Source: Candidatus Magasanikiibacteriota bacterium (GTDB taxonomy: Bacteria > Patescibacteriota > Patescibacteriia > Magasanikbacterales > UBA922). From it: DNA of 64,000 bases. The notes below the pieces were generated by a model. That model had not been told where the DNA came from, searched no databases, and saw only the letters and a program-made list of their open reading frames with translations. The DNA is taken from NCBI GenBank assembly GCA_003518365.1, contig DOYU01000021.1, positions 492 to 64,491 of the forward strand. Direction: 5' to 3'. Positions within the stretch are counted from its first letter, which is position 1, and every line of letters begins with the position of its first letter. The position numbers and the translations under genes are program-made. Positions 9,171 to 18,527 of this stretch are shown here, one piece after another.

Positions 9171-10364
9171 CTACGTGAACAAAACAAACACACTATACAC
9201 TGCTCCAACAGTCAACACGAGCAAGAGCAATGCACCAAGGAGTGCGATATGATGCAATTTATATTTTCCAGGATCAAGATCACCCAATTTTTTTGCGCGC
9301 CAATAAATCAGAAGAATGAGCAACATCTCAATACTACCAAACACACCACCGACAATATTGATCGCGGCAACAAATTGTCGAAGACCTAATAAAAAAATGA
9401 TACAAGGAATACCAAGTGTCACCACCGTCGCAATGCGCCCACTCATATGATAATCCCATGACAGTGAATCTTTGAGCGATACACCATTGAGCAAAAAGCT
9501 GGTCGCCATGGCAAAGAATGCAAACGCATTGCCAAACAAAAACAACGTGTGGCCGAGCCTATTGCCAAGGCCTATCGTTGCAATTTCTGTTGTCCCCTGT
9601 CCTGTCACCCCTACAACGACGAGCGCAAATGTCAGATACAGCGCCATGACGAGCAACCCTCCTATGAGGATCGCGCGACGAAATGCTCCGTTATCATCTT
9701 TCAAAAGGGCATGTATCTCAGGCACTGCTGTCGTACCATGGAGAGAAAATAAGACCACACCATAGGGAAGAAAGAGATAGGCAAGATTTGTGGTATAGAG
9801 ATGGGTGATGTCAATATGTGGCACACTCAGTGACGTGATAAACAACACAATCACCAAAATGCCAATGGTGAGAATCAGTTCAGCGGTCTTCACAGTGCGA
9901 AGCCCGAGCATCACAAGGAGTGCTGCGAATACAAAGAACACCAGACTCCACTCTACGCTACTGCCCCCAAAGAGCGCAGCAAGCGTTTCCCCTTCTCCAA
10001 TCAGATAAATCACGAGCGCGCCAAACAGCATGCCATACATCATGACGGTCATGATCATCCCGCCTGCCTTTCCTAAATATTTTTTTGCAAACCCAACGAG
10101 CTGAAACGACCCATGTGTTCTCACTGCGACTTCGCCAAGCATGAGATTCAGTCCGATCATAAGCGCGCCTAAGCCAATAATATAGAGCACCCCAATCAAC
10201 ACACCCGCTTGTGCTACAGCATAGGGCAATCCGAGCACTCCAGCACCGATCGTCCCACTGATCATGAGTGCAACGCCTTCAGCCATAGAAAGTTTGCGTC
10301 GAAAAATTCCTTGATGCATGGCAAGGTCTGTGATTTCTAGTTGTGGGCGTTTTCGAAAGAACAT
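9171..10364 (-). CDS. Amino-acid permease, Aa_trans / aromatic amino acid (Trp/Tyr) permease-like, 11-12 TM
   Basis: Highly hydrophobic. N-terminal SMAEGVALMISGTIGAGVLGLPYAVAQAG resembles amino-acid/H+ symporters. The start is ambiguous between 10364 and 10319. Confidence 0.55.
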   Translation of the reverse strand: MFFRKRPQLEITDLAMHQGIFRRKLSMAEGVALMISGTIGAGVLGLPYAVAQAGVLIGVLYIIGLGALMIGLNLMLGEVAVRTHGSFQLVGFAKKYLGKAGGMIMTVMMYGMLFGALVIYLIGEGETLAALFGGSSVEWSLVFFVFAALLVMLGLRTVKTAELILTIGILVIVLFITSLSVPHIDITHLYTTNLAYLFLPYGVVLFSLHGTTAVPEIHALLKDDNGAFRRAILIGGLLVMALYLTFALVVVGVTGQGTTEIATIGLGNRLGHTLFLFGNAFAFFAMATSFLLNGVSLKDSLSWDYHMSGRIATVVTLGIPCIIFLLGLRQFVAAINIVGGVFGSIEMLLILLIYWRAKKLGDLDPGKYKLHHIALLGALLLLVLTVGAVYSVFVLFT

Positions 10365-10368
10365 GCGA

Positions 10369-11592
10369 TTAAATAGCAACAAGCGTGATAAGGAGCAACA
10401 GAAGACCAAGTGTTTGCACGGTCACATGATGATGCTGATATCGAATCTCCCAAAAGATATTCATGAGAAGTGCGATGGTAAAGAAACCAATAAAGAAAAA
10501 GAATATGCCATTTGTAATATCAAACAAGTTTGTAATAGAAGACAGCAATGATTTCGAGGCAGTGTATTGTTCGATTGGTGTCATTTGTACTTTTGGCAGG
10601 TGCTGCCAATGCAGTGCATAGCTCACAACGTCACCACTCGCGAGTGTCACACGAAGCTCTGGTGCGAGTACTGCAGAGAAATACTCAGACACAGATTCAT
10701 CAATATCGACTGATCCAGAGACAACTCCATAACTTCCTCCCTCTTCTGTGAGAGGAATCGCCGTGTCACCTATCAATACAGCCGCTGAACGATAGTCTTC
10801 GTTGATACTCGCAAATGCAGCAATACGAAATTGTGTGTCACTGATTTCTTCATACCGAACAAACGAACGATCAATATCAACCGGTGGAAGTGTTTCTTCT
10901 TGAACGTCTTCTGGCTCAACACTCACGGCAACAACTTCAGGTGTTGTATCTTCATCAAGAACAATGTCTTCAGCAACGGTTTCTTCTTCTTTTGTCCCGA
11001 GCACGTCGCCAAATGTGGTACTCGATACCACAGGAGCTGGTTCTTCGATTGCTACAAGGGCAAGTTCAGTGACATCCTCAAGAGGTGTATCGGTTACTTC
11101 TTCAAGAGTAGGAGCAACGACACTGCCAGACTTCTCAGCACCAAAGTGCTGCGCCACATACACGACCGGCACGCCATCATACATTCCTGCCGCGAGTCCA
11201 ATACCAGTATCGTGATATTCTGGATCAATAAGATTTGCCAAATGCGTGGGACTATTCACCCAAGCATTGACGAGCGCGCGTGGATCAGAAAAACCAATGG
11301 CAAGATTTTCTCCTGCGGCGCTGTATGGATAGCCAACATCACTAAGCCAAGATGCCAGAGACTTTCCGTCAGGGCCGGTGTGCGCAAAATACGATGCACT
11401 CGCCATGTCTGTGGCTTTGTGTTGTGATGATGCAAAAAGGCGTTGCTCTGATGTGAGTGGCGCGATACCGTTTGCCACGCGCACCTCATTTGTGAGGGTA
11501 AAGAGTCTTGCCTGCTGATCTGCCAAAACATCTGGGATCACATATACCTCCACAGGAACAAGCAGCACAAAGGCAACCACGATCGCTTTCAT
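10369..11592 (-). CDS. CAP/SCP/PR1-like (YkwD-type) domain protein with signal peptide and C-terminal TM anchor
   Basis: CAP-like block NEVRVANGIAPL...YFAHTGPDGKS...GENLAIGFSDP...VNAWVNSPTHLANLIDPEYHDTGIGLA. The start at MKAIVVAFVLLVPV was chosen as a signal peptide. Confidence 0.6.
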   Translation of the reverse strand: MKAIVVAFVLLVPVEVYVIPDVLADQQARLFTLTNEVRVANGIAPLTSEQRLFASSQHKATDMASASYFAHTGPDGKSLASWLSDVGYPYSAAGENLAIGFSDPRALVNAWVNSPTHLANLIDPEYHDTGIGLAAGMYDGVPVVYVAQHFGAEKSGSVVAPTLEEVTDTPLEDVTELALVAIEEPAPVVSSTTFGDVLGTKEEETVAEDIVLDEDTTPEVVAVSVEPEDVQEETLPPVDIDRSFVRYEEISDTQFRIAAFASINEDYRSAAVLIGDTAIPLTEEGGSYGVVSGSVDIDESVSEYFSAVLAPELRVTLASGDVVSYALHWQHLPKVQMTPIEQYTASKSLLSSITNLFDITNGIFFFFIGFFTIALLMNIFWEIRYQHHHVTVQTLGLLLLLITLVAI

Positions 11593-11732
11593 CGCCAAAA
11601 ATAGTCCACTATAAAAAATCGCCCGCTTTGTATGTAAGATATGCGGATGATAATTGTTCTCGCTATGTGGTATGAAAAAATGCTTGAGGGATGCCATACA
11701 AGAATGTCTGTAGTATAGCAATAAAGGAGTAT

Positions 11733-14399
11733 TTATGACAACGTATCTACCAATGAGTCTGCCAATCCAATATATTTTTCTGGTGTCAGTGTAAAAAGAA
11801 ATTGTTTGTCTTCTTCAGAAATATCAAGTGTTGCGACAAAATTCCTAATTGTTAGGCTATCAAGTCGTGTTCCCCTACTCAATTCTTTTAATCGTTCATA
11901 CGCATCCTGCTGTCCATACTTTCGCAACATGGTTTGGATTGCTTCGGTAACGATTTCCGGATGTGCCTGCAATTCTTGCACAAGCGCAGACTGATTTGGG
12001 GTAATCGTAGCCATTCCTTTTATCATACTTTTTACTGCCAAGAATGCATGCGCAAGTGCTACGCCTTGATTGCGTATCATTGTGCTTCCGCTAAGATCTC
12101 TTTGCATACGTGAGACTGGCAGATGCGTCGCCAATGTTGTAAACAATCCGTTGGCAAGAGCAATATTGCCTTCAGCATGTTCAAAGTGAATCGGATTTAC
12201 TTTATGCGGCATGGTACTTGATCCAACATGTTCTTTCTCTACCATTTGTCCAAACATTCCTCGACTAATATAGAGCCACATGTCTCGCGCCAGATCGAGA
12301 AGGATGGTATTTATACGAGAAACAATCTGATAACTTTCTGCAAGTGAATCATATGTATTGACTTGCGTCGTGAGCAGTAATTGTTCAAAGCCAAGGCTTG
12401 CAAGAAATGATTTGTGAAATCGAGGCCAGTCCACGTGCGCATCGAGTATCTGGTGTGCAGCAAACGTTCCTGTTGCCCCACTGCACTTTGCATCAAATGT
12501 CATGTTTGTAAGATTCGCACGCTGCTTTTTCAGTCTCTCTACAAAGACGGCAATTTCTTTCCCGACCGTAGTGGGTGTTGCCGCTTGTCCATGCGTGAGG
12601 GCAAGCATGGGGAGTCTCGCATGTGTCTTTGCAAATGTGGTTAGTGTGCTCATCAATCTATCAAGCGTTGGAACAAAGACCGTGCTCAGTGAATCACGCC
12701 AGAGTGACAGATATGCAATGTTATTGATATCTTCTGATGTCAGTGCGATATGAATAAAGGGAATTGCATGTGAAAGACCAAGCAATGGCAATCGTTCTTG
12801 CAAAAATATTTCAACGGCTTTTACATCATGATGAATCCTTTTTTCAATCTGTTTTACACGCGCAGCATCTTCGAGAGAAAACAATGTTGAAATGTTTCTA
12901 AGCTGCTCTTTTTGTATGTCTGAAAACGAAACCAACGCCGTGAAGGTTGTTTCTTCTGCGAGTGCAATAAGATATGCAATTTCAATATGCACACGAGAGC
13001 GAATCAATGCGTATTCTGAATGATATGCTGCAAGTTCTTGGACTTGTTCATAATATCGTCCGTCGATTGGGGAAATAGCAGTCAATGCGTTGTCAGCACC
13101 TTCTGCAAGATGTGAAGACAACACAACGGTTTCTGAACGCTTTGGACCAAATGACACAATACCGATCGGACACCCGACTTCTTTTTCTATGAAAGAGAGA
13201 TATGTCTGCACTGCAGGGTCAAATCCTTGCATCGTTGTTGGCATCTCGCCTGTGTACACCTGTTGCCATCCAGAGAGCGTGGTGTACACGGGCTGCGCCT
13301 TTCGCATGTCAGACAAACTTGCCGGCATTTCGTGAACAAGTTTTCCATCAATATAATACGCCGTACATACCTTCAATTCATCAAATCCATTCAAGACATC
13401 GAGCTTTGTAATTGCAATTTCAGTGAGTGGATGTACGCGGGCACTTTGCCTTACTTGCACCAAATCAAGCCAACCAATGCGACGCGCTCTCCCTGTCGTT
13501 GTCCCATATTCTTGTCCAAGTTCGCGGATACGGTCCCCGACCGAATCAGTCAATTCTGTCACAAACGGACTTGTCCCGACACGACTAACGTATGCTTTTA
13601 CCACACCGACAATCCGCTTTGGCGCATTGATGCCAAGTCCACTTCCGACTTCTGCGTGCGCTGCGACATTGTTTGAACTTGTCGTATGTGGATACAATCC
13701 ATGATCAGGATCGAGTGACATTCCTTGTGCTCCTTCAAAAAGGATACGTTTCCCTGCTGTATACGCGTGTGCGAGTTCCACTTCGGTATCAGCAATATAT
13801 TGTTTGAGTTGTTGTCCGTATGCAAGATATTGATTCGTGATTTCTTCTTTTGAAGATTGGAAGGTGCCACGAAGAACATTGGTAATCATGCCCACGTTGA
13901 AATCATACGCTTTGTCCAATTTTTCTCGAAACAGCTCTGGCTCGAGCAAATCGCCCATACGAATTCCATGGCGATACATTTTATCTGCATAGACCGGGGC
14001 AATACCACGCTTGGTGCTTCCGGCAGCGAGCGCACCCTGATGCCCAGAGAGTGCTTCATCCATGGCAATGTGATACGGCATGATGACATGCGCGCGTTCG
14101 CTGATAGCAAGTTTCAGTGGTCTACCGTTTTTTGTGATTTCTGCGATTTCTCCGAGAAGCACGCTGGGATCAATGACAACGCCATTTCCTATCACAGAAT
14201 GGGTGTGTTCAGATACCACGCCACAGGGCAACAGATGCAATTTGTATGTTTGTTCTCCAACGACAATCGTATGCCCAGCATTATTTCCTCCGTGAAATCG
14301 AACAACATACTCTGCATCACTCGCAAGCACATCTGTGATTTTTCCTTTCCCCTCATCCCCCCATTGAGCACCCACGACAACGGTTGTTTGTGGTTTCAT
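11733..14399 (-). CDS. purA-purB: Fused adenylosuccinate synthetase (PurA, N-terminal ~425 aa) and adenylosuccinate lyase (PurB, C-terminal ~445 aa) in one 888-aa ORF
   Basis: N-terminus VVVGAQWGDEGKGKITD...GGNNAGHT is the PurA P-loop. Junction ...IVSFGPKRSETVVLSSHLAEGADNALTAISPIDGRYYEQ... has no stop; I checked it by reading the DNA. The C-terminus carries the fumarate-lyase signature GSSTMPHKVNP and the PurB start motif SPIDGRY. Confidence 0.85.
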   Translation of the reverse strand: MKPQTTVVVGAQWGDEGKGKITDVLASDAEYVVRFHGGNNAGHTIVVGEQTYKLHLLPCGVVSEHTHSVIGNGVVIDPSVLLGEIAEITKNGRPLKLAISERAHVIMPYHIAMDEALSGHQGALAAGSTKRGIAPVYADKMYRHGIRMGDLLEPELFREKLDKAYDFNVGMITNVLRGTFQSSKEEITNQYLAYGQQLKQYIADTEVELAHAYTAGKRILFEGAQGMSLDPDHGLYPHTTSSNNVAAHAEVGSGLGINAPKRIVGVVKAYVSRVGTSPFVTELTDSVGDRIRELGQEYGTTTGRARRIGWLDLVQVRQSARVHPLTEIAITKLDVLNGFDELKVCTAYYIDGKLVHEMPASLSDMRKAQPVYTTLSGWQQVYTGEMPTTMQGFDPAVQTYLSFIEKEVGCPIGIVSFGPKRSETVVLSSHLAEGADNALTAISPIDGRYYEQVQELAAYHSEYALIRSRVHIEIAYLIALAEETTFTALVSFSDIQKEQLRNISTLFSLEDAARVKQIEKRIHHDVKAVEIFLQERLPLLGLSHAIPFIHIALTSEDINNIAYLSLWRDSLSTVFVPTLDRLMSTLTTFAKTHARLPMLALTHGQAATPTTVGKEIAVFVERLKKQRANLTNMTFDAKCSGATGTFAAHQILDAHVDWPRFHKSFLASLGFEQLLLTTQVNTYDSLAESYQIVSRINTILLDLARDMWLYISRGMFGQMVEKEHVGSSTMPHKVNPIHFEHAEGNIALANGLFTTLATHLPVSRMQRDLSGSTMIRNQGVALAHAFLAVKSMIKGMATITPNQSALVQELQAHPEIVTEAIQTMLRKYGQQDAYERLKELSRGTRLDSLTIRNFVATLDISEEDKQFLFTLTPEKYIGLADSLVDTLS

Positions 14400-14470
14400 A
14401 CTATTGCTAATTTACGTTGAACAGTGTCTCCAATATCTGCGTAATCATTTTATAATCAGTGTAATCCATG

Positions 14471-15913
14471 CTAGGTGATAGGATTGACATCATGCACACC
14501 ACTTTCTCGCGAACCAGCGCTGGTGATGCGCACAAATGTTACGTTTTCTTGCAGCTCGGCGATCGTGTGTGCATTGGTGTAGCTCATACCCGAGCGAAGC
14601 CCCCCAACAAGCTGATACACAATATCTGCCACCACACCTTTGTATGGCACGATTGACTCTACGCCTTCTGGCACCACGTGCGATAGTTCTTTTTGTTCTT
14701 GTCCTTTTTGCTGGCGTTTTTGCGCCTGAGTAAAGCTGGCACTACCGCGAGATATTTTGAATTTTTTATCCCCTTTTGTCATCACGACGCCCGGACTTTC
14801 TGCCGTGCCTGCAAACATACTGCCAATCATCACTGTGTCCGCGCCTGCGCCAATTGCTTTCACAATATCACCAGACGTTTTGATGCCACCGTCTGCGATC
14901 ACCGGAACGCCGTATGTTTTTGCCACTTTTGCGACTTCACTCACGGCAGTGAGCTGTGGCATGCCGCAACCGGTGACCAAACGAGTAATACAAATTGATC
15001 CAGGACCCACGCCAACTTTCAATGCATCAACACCTGCGTCACACAAATCTTTTGCCGCCTGCGCAGTTGCGATATTTCCGGCGATGAGTGGGGTGCCTGG
15101 CACGGCTTGTTTTAATGCTGCAATGGCATTGATCATGAGATCAGAGTGTCCGTGCGCGATATCAATCACGAGAACATCTGCGCCCGCTGTCACAACAGCT
15201 TTTGCTCGCTCGACAAAATCCCCATGCACGCCCACGGCAGCACCGACAATCAATCGTCCGTCTGTATCAAGATTTGCATCAGGAAAATCTACACTAAGTT
15301 TCATATCATCACTCGTAATAAGTCCGATAATGGTATTTTCTTCATCAACAAGTGGAAGTTTTTCTATTTTATGCCGTGCAAATATTGCTCGTGCATCTTC
15401 AAATGTTGTTTCTTTATTTCCAACAACAAGTTTTTCTCTTGGCGTCATAATCTGTGATACACGTGTATCACCATTTGGTGCATAGAGAAAATCTCGTCGT
15501 GATAAAATGCCAAGCAATTTTTTATCCGGACTTGCGACGAGCAGACCGGTGATGCCAATATCTGCGACATATTCTTTTGCAGAGGCAACGGTTTGATCTT
15601 GTTCTATGGTATAGGGATCTTCAATAATAAAATTTTGTGCGCGTTTTACACGCTTTACTTCTTCAACATTTTCTTCAATCGTATTGAAACGATGCAATAT
15701 ACCAATACCACCGAGGCGTGCCATGGCAATCGCCATGTCTGATCCTGTCACAGAATCCATGTTTGCTGTGACAATAGGTATGTTGATATCAAGCTGACGC
15801 GTCAATCTTGTTTTTGTCTGTGCATCGCTGCGAGAACTCAATGTAGAACGACGTGGGACGATGAGAACATCATCGTATGTGAGGGCAAATGGGATCTGCA
15901 TAGCAAAAGGCAT
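14471..15913 (-). CDS. guaB: IMP dehydrogenase
   Basis: ALTYDDVLIVP at the N-terminus, tandem CBS domains, catalytic loop GVGPGSICITR, and GGIKTSGDIVKAIGAGADTVMIGSMFAGTAESPG. Start chosen at MPFAMQ, with GGTGG 7 nt upstream. Confidence 0.9.
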   Translation of the reverse strand: MPFAMQIPFALTYDDVLIVPRRSTLSSRSDAQTKTRLTRQLDINIPIVTANMDSVTGSDMAIAMARLGGIGILHRFNTIEENVEEVKRVKRAQNFIIEDPYTIEQDQTVASAKEYVADIGITGLLVASPDKKLLGILSRRDFLYAPNGDTRVSQIMTPREKLVVGNKETTFEDARAIFARHKIEKLPLVDEENTIIGLITSDDMKLSVDFPDANLDTDGRLIVGAAVGVHGDFVERAKAVVTAGADVLVIDIAHGHSDLMINAIAALKQAVPGTPLIAGNIATAQAAKDLCDAGVDALKVGVGPGSICITRLVTGCGMPQLTAVSEVAKVAKTYGVPVIADGGIKTSGDIVKAIGAGADTVMIGSMFAGTAESPGVVMTKGDKKFKISRGSASFTQAQKRQQKGQEQKELSHVVPEGVESIVPYKGVVADIVYQLVGGLRSGMSYTNAHTIAELQENVTFVRITSAGSRESGVHDVNPIT

Positions 15914-16097
15914 AAAAAAACCACCAATTGGCGGCGTGTATACTAAAACGACATCTGCATGAATCCTCCTGTGTAGGATCGTGATTTCTTCATAGCAGAA
16001 GTATCGTAGCATGTTTCTTTTTTGTGGGCAAATACTCGACGAGAAAAGTTATCCGCAGTATACTGATGTGCAGAGCAGCCACAAAAGGAGGTCGCTC

Positions 16098-16397
16098 ATG
16101 CCCGACAATGCACAAAGCAGTGCCAATGGCGATACCCTTAGAGGGAATCCCTACATCGCCCGTGAACATGTCATCCTAAACCCTACAGATCCAAACTACG
16201 GAGGACGTCCCATCCCGAGGATCTGTGATCACTGCGTATTCCAACGCCGTGTGGGTACGACCAAGTACTCTGGTTGTTTGGTGGCCCACCAAAGGCCACT
16301 GACTGCCTTCCAGATCACGCAAGGTGATATACCTGATGTGCTTGATGGCAAACAGGTGGGGAACTACTGCACTTCATGGACACGTGTCGCACGCTGA
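16098..16397 (+). CDS. Small hypothetical Cys-containing protein of 99 aa, GC-rich
   Basis: Strong RBS AAGGAGG 6 nt before the ATG (MPDNAQSS...). Contains CDHC...C...C and is visibly GC-richer than its neighbours. Confidence 0.45.
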   Translation: MPDNAQSSANGDTLRGNPYIAREHVILNPTDPNYGGRPIPRICDHCVFQRRVGTTKYSGCLVAHQRPLTAFQITQGDIPDVLDGKQVGNYCTSWTRVAR

Positions 16398-16439
16398 GCA
16401 GACACGCGCGCGCGCCGGTGAGTCTCGTACTCACCGGCG

Positions 16440-16492
16440 CAGCGCATCAAAAAAAGATGACACATTTGTGCATCTCTTTTTTTATATATACT
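16440..16492. terminator. Tandem hairpins with a T-run after the small Cys protein gene; bidirectional
   Basis: GCCGGTGAG-tctcgta-CTCACCGGC, then AGATGACACA-ttt-GTGCATCT-CTTTTTTTAT. Confidence 0.55.
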
Positions 16493-16503
16493 CTTCCGCT
16501 TTT

Positions 16504-17505
16504 TTATTTTTTTGGTTGCAATGTATCTTGAATGAGCGCCCAATATCGATTGTCATCTTTTTGCGTTTTCATAAAGTACCACCACTCCACACCCCAAAAA
16601 TATACACGAGATGCACCAATGCGTGACGCATAGGAAATATTGTCTGCAAGAAATACCGGATTCATGGTCTGTTCCATGTCTTCGATCGTTGTATCAAGTG
16701 GTGTGCTGTCGGTAAACCATGGCTCTGCTTGCAATTCTGAAACAACAAATTGATCGTGTGGCTTATCCCACAGCGCTGCTTTCAAACGGTAAAAACCTGC
16801 TGGCAGCCACTTGTATGAAAAAATCATACCACCAGGTGTGCGTACTCGTCGATATAATGTAGTTCCTAATACATCTCCAAGTTTGCTTGGTCTTCGCCAT
16901 GATGCGAGTTCTCCACTATCTGTCATAACAATCTTACGATCAGGATCAAGGTGTTGAACCAACGCAAGTTCAGAGTAGACAGCCTCTTGATCAAACCTCG
17001 CACAGTCCCCAAATGCAAATCGGATAAACGCTTCGTTTTCTACTTGCCACAATTCAAGCGCTGGATGATCTTGATAGCGTTCTACAACCGTGCGGACATA
17101 GGCAAGCAGCTTTGTGCGATATGATTCTTGTTCAATACCATTGACCCATGCAGGGACATGGCACTCAGGCCAGCGTGGAGCTTTTTGTCCTACGACCAAC
17201 ATGACTTTCACATTATAGGTTGCTGCTTCTTCCATCATCCAGTCCACATTTGAAAAGTCATACGTACCTTCTTCACTCTCAATATCACTCCACATGGCAG
17301 CAATCCTGATATAGTTTGGATGCAGGTCAGTCAGCATTGCTTGATATGCCTGTCGCCAGTCAAGCCCGAGAGATGTTGCATGGTCAGGACTAAAACTAAT
17401 GCCATAGCCGACGTCGTACGTTTTGTGACTATAGGACCAGAAGACGATCCACAGTGCAAGTGCGATGAGAAGTATTGTGGCAAGAGTATATCCGAGGAGT
17501 TTCAT
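16504..17505 (-). CDS. Membrane-anchored TIM-barrel glycoside hydrolase (GH5/cellulase-superfamily-like)
   Basis: N-terminal TM helix MKLLGYTLATILLIALALWIVFW. WQVENE-type motif (ELWQVENEAF) consistent with a catalytic Glu in an NEP-like context. Many aromatic residues. Confidence 0.45.
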   Translation of the reverse strand: MKLLGYTLATILLIALALWIVFWSYSHKTYDVGYGISFSPDHATSLGLDWRQAYQAMLTDLHPNYIRIAAMWSDIESEEGTYDFSNVDWMMEEAATYNVKVMLVVGQKAPRWPECHVPAWVNGIEQESYRTKLLAYVRTVVERYQDHPALELWQVENEAFIRFAFGDCARFDQEAVYSELALVQHLDPDRKIVMTDSGELASWRRPSKLGDVLGTTLYRRVRTPGGMIFSYKWLPAGFYRLKAALWDKPHDQFVVSELQAEPWFTDSTPLDTTIEDMEQTMNPVFLADNISYASRIGASRVYFWGVEWWYFMKTQKDDNRYWALIQDTLQPKK

Positions 17506-17610
17506 AGATTTAGAATGTTGAATGTCCCGCAAAGCGGGATAGAATGTAGGATCTTGAATGCAGAATATGGAATGTTGAATGCAACATTCTACATTCTATA
17601 TTCCACATTC
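17505..17610. repeat. Array of at least 7 copies of the heptamer AGAATGT/ACATTCT in both orientations, plus one GTCCCGC-AAA-GCGGGAT hairpin, between the EamA and GH genes
   Basis: Read directly: ...GAATGTTGAATG TCCCGCAAAGCGGGA TAGAATGTAGG...GAATGTTGAATGCAACATTCTACATTCTATATTCCACATTCTAC... Confidence 0.5.
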
Positions 17611-18524
17611 TACAATACAAAAAGTGCTGAGCCCAGTATAACAAATATCATCGCCACTGTCTGTACGGCAATCTCTCGACGAGAAAATGTTTCTTTCAAA
17701 ACACGTGGCGCAAATTTGGTGAGGAGCACGATGAAGAGGGTCATCAAGGCATACTGCACACCAACAAGTGCATTCACGAGCGTCACACTACCAACTGCGA
17801 TCGCGAGCTGGATGAGGACCACACCGACCACGCCGAGGACTTTGTTACTCACAATAATCAGTATGCCTCTGACGCCGCGAAACGCAGCGTTTTCTCCTTC
17901 TGCTTTTTTCACTCGATGAAACGTATTGCGAACAGCAGGAGAAAAAAGACAAACAATCCCAACCAACCCGGTCGTGGCGCGCGTCCACACAAATCCGGTG
18001 AGAAATGGATAGAGTTCATACAAATATTTTGCTGTCACGTGTGAGATAGCAAAGAGAAGAGCCGCAAGGATTCCCCACGCAAAACTGCTGTTGAATTCTA
18101 CAAGCCCTTTCTCATTAAAAAATGCGAGTAACAATGTTGCTCCTGCAAGCACTGCCATGCCGGCGATCTCAATCGTGCGAAGTGTTTCCCCGAGAAAAAC
18201 AAACGCGAGCACAAAAATAACAATGGTAATCATCGCGCCAATAAATGGGTTGATATGGCTTGCTTCTCCCTTTTTTACGGACAAAAACATTGCCCACAAA
18301 CCAAATCCAAATCCAAGCCCAGAGACAAGTGCCCAGAGCCAATCAATCCCATGTAAAAGCCCTACTCCAAACGGAAACGCAAGCAGCGCGCCAAACATGA
18401 AGATGGTAGAATAAAACGTATACACAATAGGATTGCTAAGTGTTTTTGTGAGGATCAATTTGTCGAGCACAAACACAATCGCAAGTGCAACGTATCCGGC
18501 AAGAGCAAGAAGTAACCAAAGCAT
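17610..18524 (-). CDS. EamA/DMT-family transporter (10 TM)
   Basis: Two-repeat hydrophobic topology typical of EamA. No soluble domains. Confidence 0.6.
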   Translation of the reverse strand: MLWLLLALAGYVALAIVFVLDKLILTKTLSNPIVYTFYSTIFMFGALLAFPFGVGLLHGIDWLWALVSGLGFGFGLWAMFLSVKKGEASHINPFIGAMITIVIFVLAFVFLGETLRTIEIAGMAVLAGATLLLAFFNEKGLVEFNSSFAWGILAALLFAISHVTAKYLYELYPFLTGFVWTRATTGLVGIVCLFSPAVRNTFHRVKKAEGENAAFRGVRGILIIVSNKVLGVVGVVLIQLAIAVGSVTLVNALVGVQYALMTLFIVLLTKFAPRVLKETFSRREIAVQTVAMIFVILGSALFVL

Positions 18525-18527
18525 AGA

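Noticed and set aside
14757-15485. 242-aa plus-strand ORF antisense to guaB
   Set aside because: Antisense to a highly conserved IMPDH gene; its translation is Ala/Ser/Thr-rich with no motifs.
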